DNA of 64,000 nucleotides from Cyanobacteria bacterium P01_D01_bin.156 (GTDB lineage Bacteria; Cyanobacteriota; Cyanobacteriia; Phormidesmidales; Phormidesmidaceae), in contig JBCCQQ010000002.1 in assembly GCA_039024555.1 (NCBI GenBank), positions 160,001 through 224,000 on the forward strand, read 5' to 3'. This document shows, piece by piece, positions 19,684 to 30,317 of the stretch. Position numbers and translations under genes: made by a program. The notes beneath the pieces were generated by a model, which saw nothing but the letters and a program-made list of their open reading frames with translations, searched no databases and had not been told where the DNA came from. Within the stretch, counting starts at the first letter, position 1. Every line of letters begins with the position of its first letter.

Positions 19684-21480
19684 CTAAGACCACAAATCAT
19701 CGTCATCCAATCCAGGACGAGGCACTGGTGCAATAGGTTGCAGATTCAGCTTTCGTAACCACCACCAACCACCAACCGCAATAATGAGCGAACACCAGCC
19801 GAGCAGGGACCGTAATAACAAGAAGCCACCCACCGCAAACATGGCTCCAAATAACAGCAACAATGATGCGACAACTCGTTTGATTTCCAAACCAAGATTT
19901 TGCCAGGGGCGCACCCCAGTGCGTTGTCGCTGTTTGCGCCAGCCGGGACCGCCGGGACGGACGCGCCGATAGAAGTTATCCAAGGTTTCATCGGATTCGG
20001 GCGGTGTGAGCAGCATGACCACTAGCCACACAACGGTTGTGATGCCCGCTGTGACCAATAACCGTAGTCCAAAGTCAGAAATTTGAATTACTTTGACTAC
20101 GCTGGTCAGTAAACCAATCACAAAGCCAGTCACCATGGAACTGAGTTCAGCTGCGGCATTAATGCGCCACCAGAACCAGCGCAAAATGAGCACCAGTCCG
20201 GGACCTGTTCCAATGGCAATTACCAAACGAAATACCGTTGCCACATCGGAAGCAAAGAAGGCCGCTATAGCGCCTAGAATGGTTACTAAAACCGATGTAA
20301 TTCGTCCCACATTGACCAGTTCAGCCTGGGTAGCGTTGGGATTGATAAATCGACCATAAAGATCGTTCGTTAAATAGGATGCACCCCAGTTAATCAGGGT
20401 GGATACCGTGCTCATAAAGGCGGCGATTAGGGAGGCGACCACCAGTCCCAGCACTACCGGGGGCAAAAAGTCGAGCATCAGCTTGGGATAACCCAATTCT
20501 CGATCGGCTAAATCTGGGTAAATGGCCACCGCCGCCAACGCCACAACAATCCAGGGCCAGGTGCGAATCACATAGTGCAAAATGTTAAAAAACCAGGCGG
20601 CCTTCTCTGCTTCGTTTTCATCCTTGGCCGCCACCAACCGCTGGATAAATTCACCACCCCCGTCACTGCGGCGAAAGGCCCACCATTGCAAAAACACATA
20701 GGCCATAAAGGCACTAGCGGGGATGCCGGCTGCCGTACTCCAGCCAATGCCACCATCAAAGGCAATAGGGACAATGCTAAGGATGTCGAAGTCGGTGTTT
20801 GCTTGGGCCTGGTTAATCAGGTTTTGCATACCGCCGACGGAGGCAACCGAGGCAACCGCCACAATAATCGCCCCAATTAACGCCAGGAAGAACTGGAAAA
20901 AGTCCGTGGCCACCACGCCCCACAGGCCTGAAAATCCAGCGTAGAACAGCACCAAAATACTGACTACAATCACGCTCCATAGCTTCAGGCTGTCATTGGG
21001 TTGAATGCCGACGCTTTGCCACAGTTCCAACGCATCCACCACTTTGACCATGGCCAACATGGCATAGCCGATGCCGATGCAGTTAATGGGAACTGCAAAC
21101 AGAAATGCTTTGACTCCACGCAAAACCGCCGCCGTTTGACCGCCATAGCGAATTTCCGTTAGCTCCGCATCGGTCACCACTTCCGAGCGTCGCCACAATC
21201 GGGCAAAGACATAGATCATCACCACGTGGGCAATGCCAAAGCTCCACCATTCCCAGTTACCGGCAATGCCACGAGAGCCGACTACACCCGCCACATACAG
21301 AGGCGTATCAATGGAAAAGGTGGTTGCGGCCATACTCGTTCCGGCTAACCACCAGGGTAAGGAGCGCCCAGAGACAAAGAAATCCACTAGGCTACCCGAG
21401 GCTTTGCGCGATAGGTAAACACCGAGAGCCATCGTAAAGATGAGGTAAGCCAGTACGATTAGCCAGTCAATAAGAAGCAT
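19684..21480 (-). CDS. Sodium:solute symporter (SSS) family transporter
   Basis: DFFVSGRSLPWW, AATTFSIDTP, AAFMST; many TM segments. Confidence 0.92.
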   Translation of the reverse strand: MLLIDWLIVLAYLIFTMALGVYLSRKASGSLVDFFVSGRSLPWWLAGTSMAATTFSIDTPLYVAGVVGSRGIAGNWEWWSFGIAHVVMIYVFARLWRRSEVVTDAELTEIRYGGQTAAVLRGVKAFLFAVPINCIGIGYAMLAMVKVVDALELWQSVGIQPNDSLKLWSVIVVSILVLFYAGFSGLWGVVATDFFQFFLALIGAIIVAVASVASVGGMQNLINQAQANTDFDILSIVPIAFDGGIGWSTAAGIPASAFMAYVFLQWWAFRRSDGGGEFIQRLVAAKDENEAEKAAWFFNILHYVIRTWPWIVVALAAVAIYPDLADRELGYPKLMLDFLPPVVLGLVVASLIAAFMSTVSTLINWGASYLTNDLYGRFINPNATQAELVNVGRITSVLVTILGAIAAFFASDVATVFRLVIAIGTGPGLVLILRWFWWRINAAAELSSMVTGFVIGLLTSVVKVIQISDFGLRLLVTAGITTVVWLVVMLLTPPESDETLDNFYRRVRPGGPGWRKQRQRTGVRPWQNLGLEIKRVVASLLLLFGAMFAVGGFLLLRSLLGWCSLIIAVGGWWWLRKLNLQPIAPVPRPGLDDDDLWS

Positions 21481-21739
21481 GGAATGGGGGGAATTCTGAA
21501 GCGATAGCCCAAATCATCCCACACAGGGCCGCTGTCGCCAAAGGCGAATGCTGTTTATCTGAACATGGGTAGGGATGAAGGGGTTTATGAAGGTTGCGAT
21601 CGCACACTTCACCCACAACAGATAGCCTCGCACTTCAAGTAATTAGCTCTAGACGATCGGTCGGCATTAGGGTGTTATGTGGCTATTTTTCGAAGCGCTG
21701 ATCTCTAGCTAATGCTTCAGTAACTTCAGTAAAACGTAT

Positions 21740-22063
21740 TCAGGTCCTTAGCCAAACAATGATGTTAATTAGGGCTGTGACCCCAGCGCACAGAACAACA
21801 CCTTGTACCAGGCTGGATTCATGTCGATGATTGAGCCAGCGAACAAGCGGGATTACATAGAGCAGTTGCCAAAACAGCAAACCCTTTGCCCCTAAGTACC
21901 AGACCTGAATGAATACGTAGCCTGGAAAAATGAGTGCGACCAAGCCAATGACGAAGATGATTATGGCTGCGATCGCATGCAGCAGCAATAGCAACAGACT
22001 TCCTTTAATGATGTCTACACTCATAGACCTGACGACCTCGGTATCCCCAAAAATACAGCCCAC
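21740..22063 (-). CDS. Hypothetical membrane protein; start uncertain
   Basis: Three hydrophobic segments. Confidence 0.5.
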   Translation of the reverse strand: MGCIFGDTEVVRSMSVDIIKGSLLLLLLHAIAAIIIFVIGLVALIFPGYVFIQVWYLGAKGLLFWQLLYVIPLVRWLNHRHESSLVQGVVLCAGVTALINIIVWLRT

Positions 22064-22125
22064 ACCCTACGAAACCTCATTCTCAGCCACTGAAGTCTCC
22101 TAAGCATTCCTTAAAAAACCACCCT

Positions 22126-22668
22126 ATGCTACGCACCCTCTCAGTTCTTTCCTTTGCCACCAGCGCCGCCTTTCTCATGGTTCCAGCCGCCAGCGCCAAC
22201 GGCCTTTCTCTTTCTAGCCGAGATACCTTCGAGCGGATGGACAATATAATACTGCCGGTGGAAGCAACATCAGGCAGCTGCCCTAGCACGGTAGAGCTGT
22301 GGCAGGAATCTGCGGTTAGCTACGAAGCGGGCGACCACAGTGGTTTGATGCTGAATGTGGTTGCGATCGCCCAGGGAAACACCGAATTTATCGATAGCCA
22401 GGAATATTCCGTCACCTTTCGCTCGCCGCTCAAACCAGAGTTCTACAGCTGCGTTGCCTACCTGGGCAATGACGCAAACTTTGATGAAATTGCCCAGTAC
22501 TACCGGAAGCTATACGACATTTGGTTTAGCCAGGGCCATGTTTATTTTCGGCTAGACATCAGCCCCATTGCCCCAGAACCCCACGAACGAGACTGGTATT
22601 ACGCGAACATTACGCACCAGGAAATTGTCGGCCAGTATCCCTATGTGCGTTGGGCCGTTGGAGACTGA
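22126..22668 (+). CDS. Hypothetical secreted protein
   Basis: Signal peptide ending ASA; two Cys residues. Confidence 0.65.
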   Translation: MLRTLSVLSFATSAAFLMVPAASANGLSLSSRDTFERMDNIILPVEATSGSCPSTVELWQESAVSYEAGDHSGLMLNVVAIAQGNTEFIDSQEYSVTFRSPLKPEFYSCVAYLGNDANFDEIAQYYRKLYDIWFSQGHVYFRLDISPIAPEPHERDWYYANITHQEIVGQYPYVRWAVGD

Positions 22669-22679
22669 CCTTTAAACCA

Positions 22680-23315
22680 CTACACAAACAGAGCTTTCAG
22701 CCAGTCGGTAAACCTGATGGCAATTTCTGTATTGGGACGCAGTGCTTGTTTCGTAATCGCTCTTCCCAGTGGTGTTCCTGGCTCATCATGCCAAGCTAGA
22801 TAGGTATGAATAATTGCTTTACTTCGATGAACTGATTTAAAGGTTGTTAAACCTTGTGTCTGAGCTTGTTCTACACATTTCTGAGCACACTGTAATGAAG
22901 ATTCCTCCGCTAGCTCCATACAAAAATCATCGAGCATTCCAGAGTCTTGATTATTTGGCATCAGCCAAAAGCCTAATTTAGGCTCTTCCGACTCACTTTC
23001 CACAAAGGTACCATTGGGAGTAGGAGTATCTGGAATTTCATAGCTGTAATGCCTTAATTTCTGCTGCACACTCTTCCACCGACCTGATAACGAAGGACTA
23101 TCGGCATCAAGCATGACACCTATTACGTCTGGAGGATCAGGACTGATAATCAAGGCATTCAAGCGACTCAGTACCTGATCATCAGAACCACATTGGTAGA
23201 TCCCAAACGTTTCAGGAACAGTATGAGCCTGGCAAAGAGCCATCACCACATGGCAGTCGTTATCTCCTTCAACCAGTAGAACTTTATCGGTATCTTGTTT
23301 ACAAATATTGTTCAT
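22680..23315 (-). CDS. DUF3226-like TOPRIM-fold protein
   Basis: LLVEGDND (TOPRIM Glu), IGVMLDAD (DxD), FWLMPNN..GML. Confidence 0.8.
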   Translation of the reverse strand: MNNICKQDTDKVLLVEGDNDCHVVMALCQAHTVPETFGIYQCGSDDQVLSRLNALIISPDPPDVIGVMLDADSPSLSGRWKSVQQKLRHYSYEIPDTPTPNGTFVESESEEPKLGFWLMPNNQDSGMLDDFCMELAEESSLQCAQKCVEQAQTQGLTTFKSVHRSKAIIHTYLAWHDEPGTPLGRAITKQALRPNTEIAIRFTDWLKALFV

Positions 23316-23320
23316 ACTGG

Positions 23321-24445
23321 CTATCTGACTTCAACATCCATCTCAATCGCATCGGTCAGAGTTTCAGATGTATACTCCGTTACTTTGATGTGGCCATCTT
23401 TTGCATCAAGTCTGAAGAACGCGCCCTGATTAGGATACTTATTCCAAGCACTATCAAATCCAGCTACGCAGTCTCGACTGTGAGTTGTTGCAAACACCTG
23501 AACATTGAGCCTTTCTGCTAACTGAAAAACAATATTCCAAACCTTGGGCTGTACGCTCCAGTGCAAGCCATTTTCAAATTCATCGATGAGAAGTAAGCCG
23601 TCCTGAGCATTCACCAGGGCCACTACTATATGGAACAAGCGAGTCATACCATCACCCATACTCTTCAAAGGCAATGGCTCATCAACACCCTTAACTTTTA
23701 CGAGAGGAATTCGATTATCAGATGAACGTCGTTGACTGTCTTCTACAAAGGCAATTTTTGAAACTCTACTATCAATGAGCCTAAGTGCTGATATGACCTC
23801 TGACTCTAAGTCTGTTAAGCTAGTCAAATCCCAAAGTTCTGCTAATTTTTGATTAGGCATATTGTCTGTTGAAACAGTTTGACACCTATACCTAAACTTA
23901 GGTTCTTGAAGGCTGTATAACCTCTTACGTCTTCGTACTTGTATATCTCTGATATCTCTGTCTAACCTAAAAAGCCTTCTTGATTTGCCCCCTTCTTCCA
24001 AAACTAGAAAAAAATCAATATCAGAAACATCTTCATCAATCAGAAATTCATCAAACCGAGTGATTCTGACCATGCCTGCATCATCATACTTACGGTGATA
24101 AGGTGCTACACCAATATGAATCTCTGAGTTAGAATTAGCTTCTCCAAGAAGAATGCCTCTTTCACTAATTTCAGGCAGTCTATGGCCGAAGAAAAGATGC
24201 CTGACAGGATTTTCAAAGGAACCTTGAGGCTGAGATTGTAACTCACTAAACCAATTTTCTTGCCTAGAATCCACTAGATCAATGAGTACACCCGTAGAAG
24301 CGTTGCTAGAGTAAAGTTCTAATGCTTCAAGAAAAGTACTTTTTCCAGCGTTATTTTTACCAACAATTAGGTTTACTCGACTTAATTTTTTAACTTTAAT
24401 GTCTTGAAAAAGCCTGAAGTTTCTCACCTGAAAGGAACTTAGCAT
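23321..24445 (-). CDS. ABC-type ATPase (AAA_15/AAA_21-like)
   Basis: Walker A GKNNAGKS, signature SMGDG, Walker B LLLIDEFENGLH, H-loop TTHS; AGGAG RBS. Confidence 0.9.
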   Translation of the reverse strand: MLSSFQVRNFRLFQDIKVKKLSRVNLIVGKNNAGKSTFLEALELYSSNASTGVLIDLVDSRQENWFSELQSQPQGSFENPVRHLFFGHRLPEISERGILLGEANSNSEIHIGVAPYHRKYDDAGMVRITRFDEFLIDEDVSDIDFFLVLEEGGKSRRLFRLDRDIRDIQVRRRKRLYSLQEPKFRYRCQTVSTDNMPNQKLAELWDLTSLTDLESEVISALRLIDSRVSKIAFVEDSQRRSSDNRIPLVKVKGVDEPLPLKSMGDGMTRLFHIVVALVNAQDGLLLIDEFENGLHWSVQPKVWNIVFQLAERLNVQVFATTHSRDCVAGFDSAWNKYPNQGAFFRLDAKDGHIKVTEYTSETLTDAIEMDVEVR

Positions 24446-24628
24446 TGAAACTCCTACCATTGTCTAGGGCTAGCTGATAAGTTTACAGCGCTTGCAAACG
24501 TCTCACCAAAATTTCTGAGTTATTTTAGCAAAGCATATCTGACAGCCCTGTCAATTTCTTAGCTTGATATTACGATGACTTAAGTCTTCTGAGGTATGGG
24601 GTAGTACTACAAATTCAGTAACCAGGAT

Positions 24629-25384
24629 TTAAAAATCCTCTTGCTCAATTTCTTCAATTACTTGTAAGCCTCTGGCATCTCCCAAATTCAAGATCGCGGC
24701 GCGAGCATCATCCCTCACGCCTAGATCCTCATCATCGATAAAGGTTTCAATCAGGGCATCAATGGCGGTGGCATAGACCACGTTGTAGGTAATATCGGTA
24801 CACAGTTCCCCAATGGACCAGGCGCAGTTGCTCCGCACAATGGAAATGGAGTCATTGCGCATGGTTTTTACTAAGGCCGGAATCGCTTTGAGTGCAGCTT
24901 CGAAGCTAATTTTGCCCATTTGGCCCAGGGCACTCGCCGCCCAAAGCCGCACTACAGACATATCAGTCTCAATGGCGTCCACTAAAGGAGCCACTGCCTT
25001 TTCATTTTGGCAATTGCCCAAGGCCCACACCACAGCCTTACGTACATAACCATGGGAATCGTGGGTGAGCTGATTGATTAAAGCATCAACCGCTGTCTCG
25101 CTAGGGTTCCTTCCTAGGGCATAGGCTGCATTTACCCGCACCAACGGACTGTCATCCTTAAGCAGTTCAATGAGTCGGGGAATCGCACGAGGTTCTTGAA
25201 TTTTATAAAATGCTCGGGCCGCCAGCATACGCTGCTGCAAAATCTCTGAATGCAACAGGGGTAGCATTTGGTCGGGATTGTAGCGAGGGGACTCATCCTT
25301 TAGGGGAATGTCATCCAAAGGATCGATAGGGGCATCTAACCCCACCTCAGCTTCTAAAATATTAAGAGCATCAATATCATCCAT
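24629..25384 (-). CDS. HEAT-repeat (PBS lyase-like) protein
   Basis: Repeated VRxxAAxALG units. Confidence 0.85.
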   Translation of the reverse strand: MDDIDALNILEAEVGLDAPIDPLDDIPLKDESPRYNPDQMLPLLHSEILQQRMLAARAFYKIQEPRAIPRLIELLKDDSPLVRVNAAYALGRNPSETAVDALINQLTHDSHGYVRKAVVWALGNCQNEKAVAPLVDAIETDMSVVRLWAASALGQMGKISFEAALKAIPALVKTMRNDSISIVRSNCAWSIGELCTDITYNVVYATAIDALIETFIDDEDLGVRDDARAAILNLGDARGLQVIEEIEQEDF

Positions 25385-25497
25385 GAATTGAAATCGGGAA
25401 CAGCCGCACGCGTAGATTTAGTAAACCTTGTCCACGTCCAGAAAAGTCGCTTTACCGTAGAAGAAACTACAGGTTTCAATTTGAACGTGGTTCAAAA

Positions 25498-25531
25498 CTT
25501 GGGTAATAGCCGATATCGGCTATTACCCAAG
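25498..25531. repeat. 34-bp perfect palindrome with no loop
   Basis: cttgggtaatagccgat|atcggctattacccaag. Confidence 0.9.
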
Positions 25532-25632
25532 ATGATATCTATAGCAAATATGAGCGTTACTGATTTCGCAACCAGTAGGCCGGAAATCAGTAACGGTAAT
25601 TCTAGAAAGGCTGCTCTCGACAGCCCATATTT

Positions 25633-26934
25633 CTAGATTGAGGACAGTACAGTACGAGCGGCAGCCAACGTATTGGCAATGTCATCATCGGTGTGGGCCA
25701 GAGACGTAAAGCCTGCCTCAAACTGAGAAGGTGCTAGATATACGCCCTGCTCTAACATGCCCCGGTGGAAACGGCTAAACTTCTGCAAATCAGACTGCTT
25801 AGCATCGTCATAGTTATGCACCGGACCTTCGGTGAAGAACATGCCAAACATGCCGCTAATATTGCCACCGCAAACGGCATGACCATTTTGACGAGCAATT
25901 TCAAGCAGACCGTTGATCAGCTTATTGGTGGTTGCTTCTAGCTGCTCATAAGTACCGGGACGACTCAGAATCTCCAGAGTTTTGATACCTGCCGTCATGG
26001 CGAGGGGATTACCAGATAGAGTACCAGCCTGATACACAGGACCTGCAGGCGCAACCATTTCTAGAATCTCGCGACGACCACCGTAGGCTCCTACAGGTAA
26101 GCCACCGCCGATGATTTTGCCCAGGGTGGTGAGGTCAGGCGTCACACCCAGCTTTTCTTGCACACCGCCGTAGGCAATGCGGAAGCCGGTCATCACTTCG
26201 TCAAAGACAAGCAGGGCATCGTTTTCTTGGGTGATTTCCCGTAAACCTTCTAAGAAACCAGCATCGGGAGTAACAAAACCAGAGTTGCCGACAATGGGCT
26301 CTAGAATCACACCGGAAATTTCGCCAGGATGCTGGGCAAACAGTGCTTTAACAGCTTCTAGATCGTTATAAGGAGCCGTTAGTGTAGCAGCGGTCGTACT
26401 TTTGGGAACACCGGGAGAGTCGGGCAAACCTAGAGTGGCCACACCAGAACCGGCTTTAACCAGGAACATGTCAGCATGACCGTGGTAGCAGCCTTCGAAC
26501 TTGATTACCTTGTCCCGTCCGGTAAAAGCGCGCATCAGACGCAGTACCGCCATGCAGGCTTCAGTACCGGAGTTGACGAAGCGTACCATTTCGATGCTGG
26601 GTACGGCCTTGATTACCATCTCGGCCAGAACGTTTTCGAGATAGCAGGGAGCGCCAAAGCTAGTCCCTTTTTGCAAAGCTTCTGTCAGGGCCGCGTTTAC
26701 TTCGTCATTAGCATGGCCGCAAATAGCAGGTCCCCAAGTGCCGACATAATCAATGTATTCGTTACCGTCAACGTCCCAAATGTGAGAGCCTTTGACATGG
26801 TCAAAAACAATGGGCTGACCGCCAACAGACTTGAATGCGCGTACAGGAGAGCTAACGCCTCCGGGCATCAAGCTTTGGGCAGCCGAAAAAATCTCATCTG
26901 ATTTTGTCGTTTTTAAAGATGTGGTAGTAACCAA
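25633..26934 (-). CDS. hemL: Glutamate-1-semialdehyde 2,1-aminomutase
   Basis: [29 protein letters not shown]. Confidence 0.97.
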   Translation of the reverse strand: MVTTTSLKTTKSDEIFSAAQSLMPGGVSSPVRAFKSVGGQPIVFDHVKGSHIWDVDGNEYIDYVGTWGPAICGHANDEVNAALTEALQKGTSFGAPCYLENVLAEMVIKAVPSIEMVRFVNSGTEACMAVLRLMRAFTGRDKVIKFEGCYHGHADMFLVKAGSGVATLGLPDSPGVPKSTTAATLTAPYNDLEAVKALFAQHPGEISGVILEPIVGNSGFVTPDAGFLEGLREITQENDALLVFDEVMTGFRIAYGGVQEKLGVTPDLTTLGKIIGGGLPVGAYGGRREILEMVAPAGPVYQAGTLSGNPLAMTAGIKTLEILSRPGTYEQLEATTNKLINGLLEIARQNGHAVCGGNISGMFGMFFTEGPVHNYDDAKQSDLQKFSRFHRGMLEQGVYLAPSQFEAGFTSLAHTDDDIANTLAAARTVLSSI

Positions 26935-27139
26935 CGGGCTCTCCTTATCGTTTAAATTCGTTTACCTAAGGGATGGATGACAGCCCGCAATGGCTGCCGT
27001 TGTGAATGCTTGCTGAAGATTGCAGTATTCTCAATCCTATCGTTTGTGAGAGTAACGATTGCAATATGTTAAGGAATGTAGCAATGCGGGTAAAGCCCGC
27101 AAACTGCGACAATGGCACCGATACTAAACCGACCCAGCA

Positions 27140-27781
27140 ATGAGTACTCCGCTTTCCTTCGTAGGCGCTATCCCCACTGACAAGATTCGATACAACGATC
27201 AAGGTTTGGTACCTGCGATCGCACAAGATTACCTCGACGGCACAGTGCTGATGATGGCCTGGATGAACCAGGAGTCGTTAACAAAAACGCTAGAAACTGG
27301 AGACGTATGGTACTGGAGTCGTTCCCGTCAGGAACTGTGGCATAAGGGAGCTACATCCGGCCATTTGCAAAAGCTCAAAGCCATCCGCTACGACTGCGAC
27401 AGTGATGCCCTACTGCTCACCATCGAACAGGTGGGCGATATCGCTTGCCATACTGGGAAACGCAGCTGTTTCCATCAGGTAGATGGAGGAATTACCCCCC
27501 CAGCAGCAGATACGTTATCGCAAGTGTATGGGGTCATCTGCGATCGCAAAGCCAACCCCAAACCAGACTCTTACACCAATACGCTCTTTGCCGGTGGCGA
27601 TAACAAGATCCTTAAAAAAATTGGCGAAGAAGCCGCTGAAGTGGTGATGGCCTGCAAGGATGACGAACCGGATGAAATTGCTGGAGAAGTGGCCGATTTG
27701 CTGTATCACACCCTAGTTGCGATCGCTCACCACAACGTAGATATCAAGGACGTTTACCGCAAGCTACAGTCAAGAAGATAG
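27140..27781 (+). CDS. hisIE: Bifunctional phosphoribosyl-AMP cyclohydrolase / phosphoribosyl-ATP diphosphatase
   Basis: [25 protein letters not shown]. Confidence 0.96.
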   Translation: MSTPLSFVGAIPTDKIRYNDQGLVPAIAQDYLDGTVLMMAWMNQESLTKTLETGDVWYWSRSRQELWHKGATSGHLQKLKAIRYDCDSDALLLTIEQVGDIACHTGKRSCFHQVDGGITPPAADTLSQVYGVICDRKANPKPDSYTNTLFAGGDNKILKKIGEEAAEVVMACKDDEPDEIAGEVADLLYHTLVAIAHHNVDIKDVYRKLQSRR

Positions 27782-27867
27782 AGAAATCCTTTAGAGCATG
27801 GGACATGTCTACTTGATTCTCAGACCCATGGCAAAATAGCAGTACAAATGCCCTACCTGCGTTGTCC

Positions 27868-29031
27868 ATGGCTATCAAACCGTCCCAGCTTCAGACGATT
27901 CTGCAAAATAAACGTAGAGAATTCGAAGGTTTCACTCGGGGACAGCAAACCAATCTGGAACGGTACCAGTTGGCGTGGCAAACACTGTGCCAAACCACTG
28001 ATGAGGAACTGAAGAGTTGGCTTAGCGCCCGCCATGGCAACATAGGTGCCCGACCTCTGGAGAATCTAAACACCCACGGAATCTGCCATAGCGGACTAGA
28101 GTGGGGCAATCGAGAACATAGCCTGCAATGGGTGAATGAGCATCTACAGGGCATCACTACATTTGCGGTGGATGGTTCACAAATTTTTCCGAGCAAAGAT
28201 CTATCCCCACCCATTGCCCTGGTACAAATTGGCTGGTTTGAAAATCCACACACATCAACAGCGGACTATATCAAAGACATCGAATTAGATGTGATGACTC
28301 CTAAGGATTTAGAGCTGGGAGATGCTTCAAAGCCCTTAGACCGTCTGGTAAATAAGCACCGTTTCAAGATGGAAGTGGGCCGTTTGGTGGAGTACATCGA
28401 GACGGTTAAAGATCCTGAACATTGCCTGGTGTTTTTTGATGGGGCACTGGTGGCCACCTTTGCCGATGCCTATGAAGATGAGGATCGCAAAGATTATGTT
28501 GAAGCGTTAGTGCGCTTACTACAGGCGAGTGAGACCCATCGAGTACCGCTAGTGGGCTATGTGGACACCAGCTCTGCCCATGATTTAACAACACTTTTGG
28601 AACACCATTCCTCTAGTGTTTCCATGATTCCTAAGGTCACCGATGCCCAGATGCTCAATCGCTACATGCAATGGGGGGATTGTACGCCCGTTTTTCAATG
28701 CGATCGCACTGGCATTCTCACCGAATACAAACAGCATAAAGAGCGGGTGATTTTCACCTATCTAAAAACCAACCAAGGCTATCCCGCTCGCGTTGAAATG
28801 CCTAAATGGATCCATGAAGCAGGCATCACCGAGCAAGTTCTTAATTGGGTTAGGGCAGAAGTCATCGTCGGTGGGGGCTATCCCTACGCCATTGAAACCG
28901 CCGATCAAACCGCAGTGCTCCAAACCAGCGATCGCCAAGTCTTTTTTCGCATTCTCCAGGACTGGGCCAACCATGAAGATCTACAGCTGCGATGGTCACG
29001 CAAAATGATGAGCAAATTGCGGCGACGTTGA
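27868..29031 (+). CDS. NurA-domain nuclease
   Basis: FAVDGSQ, FFDGAL, GYPYAIETADQ. Confidence 0.85.
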   Translation: MAIKPSQLQTILQNKRREFEGFTRGQQTNLERYQLAWQTLCQTTDEELKSWLSARHGNIGARPLENLNTHGICHSGLEWGNREHSLQWVNEHLQGITTFAVDGSQIFPSKDLSPPIALVQIGWFENPHTSTADYIKDIELDVMTPKDLELGDASKPLDRLVNKHRFKMEVGRLVEYIETVKDPEHCLVFFDGALVATFADAYEDEDRKDYVEALVRLLQASETHRVPLVGYVDTSSAHDLTTLLEHHSSSVSMIPKVTDAQMLNRYMQWGDCTPVFQCDRTGILTEYKQHKERVIFTYLKTNQGYPARVEMPKWIHEAGITEQVLNWVRAEVIVGGGYPYAIETADQTAVLQTSDRQVFFRILQDWANHEDLQLRWSRKMMSKLRRR

Positions 29032-29509
29032 TGACAGCCAAGACTCTACGCCAACAGCTTTTTTTAACGCCTGGCATTGCTAAACCTTGGGATCATCTCC
29101 CAGCATGGATTGCATGACCCTATCGAAACACACTGCAAGTAACAGAGTATTGCTTTTTCTAAGGTTAATCCCTACGTTCCTAATGAGTATCGAAGATAAA
29201 ACCCTATGGAATTTCAGTGAGTATTTTCACCTATTAGCAATCCGCTAAAGGGTTACAGCAACTCCATAGCCATTAAAGACAACCATGGGTCTGATCAATG
29301 GTTACTGAGACAATTATTGACTTTTGTTGTGTTTGATTGCGTTTCCGTACATTTTTTTTAGGCGGTTCCCAGCATATTCCTAGACTGAGACTACCGGAGG
29401 ACGAGAACTCCCTATATAACTGCATTTTGGGCGATTGTTCATTTGAGTGATTGCCCTGCAGTTTTTCCCTAGCGTCAGGTTTATTGATACGCAAAAGGAT
29501 TTAAATTTA

Positions 29510-30250
29510 ATGACTTTACCTTTGTTAAGCTATCCCACCAGTTGTCAAAACCAGCGTGTAAATGGTTTTGAAATCCCTGGTGATGAGCAACCCCGCATTT
29601 TTTCCACAGCACTTCTGCCTGATGCCCAGGAAATTGACACGCTAATTTTTGCTGCCTATCGCCGCATTTACAACGAACAGCAACTGTTAGCCTGCCATCG
29701 AGATCGCTTTCTTGAGTCTCAGCTGCGTAGCAATCAGATTTCTGTTCGAGACTTTATTCGTGGCCTGTTGCTATCTGAGTCATTTCGACGTCTTAACTAC
29801 GAATGCAGCAACAACTATCGCTTTGTTGATATGTGTGTGCAGCGCGTCCTCGGTCGTAAGGTCTACGATCAGCGTGAAACGCTAGCCTGGTCTATCGTAC
29901 TGGCTACTGACGGTATCCAAGGCTTTGTAGATGCTTTGCTCAACAGTGATGAGTATGTCAACACCTTTGGTGAAGACACCGTCCCCTATCAGCAGCGACG
30001 GATTTTACCTCAGCAGTCCATGGGCGAGCTTCCCTTCGAACGCATGCCTCGCTATGGCAGTGACCACCTAGAGAAACTCCAAGCACTGGGGAATGATTTC
30101 TCTGCTACTGGTGAAGGTTTAGTTGGCAATGGATTACCATCCGAAAAAATCCAAAAGGTGGGCGCAGCCATTACGATTGCGGGTGCTATTGTGCTGACCA
30201 GCGGCTTAGCTGCTGTCATCCTTTCCTGGTTTGGTTGGCTCAAGATCTAA
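29510..30250 (+). CDS. cpcL: Phycobilisome linker of the CpcG family, CpcL type with a C-terminal membrane anchor
   Basis: LPLLSYP..QNQRV, LESQLR, NNYRFV, FGEDTVPYQ; hydrophobic tail VGAAITIAGAIVLTSGLAAVILSWFGW. Confidence 0.85.
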   Translation: MTLPLLSYPTSCQNQRVNGFEIPGDEQPRIFSTALLPDAQEIDTLIFAAYRRIYNEQQLLACHRDRFLESQLRSNQISVRDFIRGLLLSESFRRLNYECSNNYRFVDMCVQRVLGRKVYDQRETLAWSIVLATDGIQGFVDALLNSDEYVNTFGEDTVPYQQRRILPQQSMGELPFERMPRYGSDHLEKLQALGNDFSATGEGLVGNGLPSEKIQKVGAAITIAGAIVLTSGLAAVILSWFGWLKI

Positions 30251-30270
30251 TCTCCTCCCAAGAGCCTATT

Positions 30271-30301
30271 AAAGCCCTAGACACTCTGTATCTAGGGCTT
30301 T
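30271..30301. terminator. Bidirectional terminator between cpcL and the ycf55-like gene
   Basis: aaagccctaga-N9-tctagggcttt. Confidence 0.75.
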
Positions 30302-30317
30302 TCTGCTATTAATAGAA

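Noticed and set aside
21481..21739. Riboswitch upstream of the SSS transporter
   Set aside because: No recognisable aptamer consensus by eye; an Infernal/Rfam search would be needed
29032..29509. CcaR G-box or NtcA site upstream of cpcL
   Set aside because: No CTTTNCNATTT direct repeat or GTA-N8-TAC could be located
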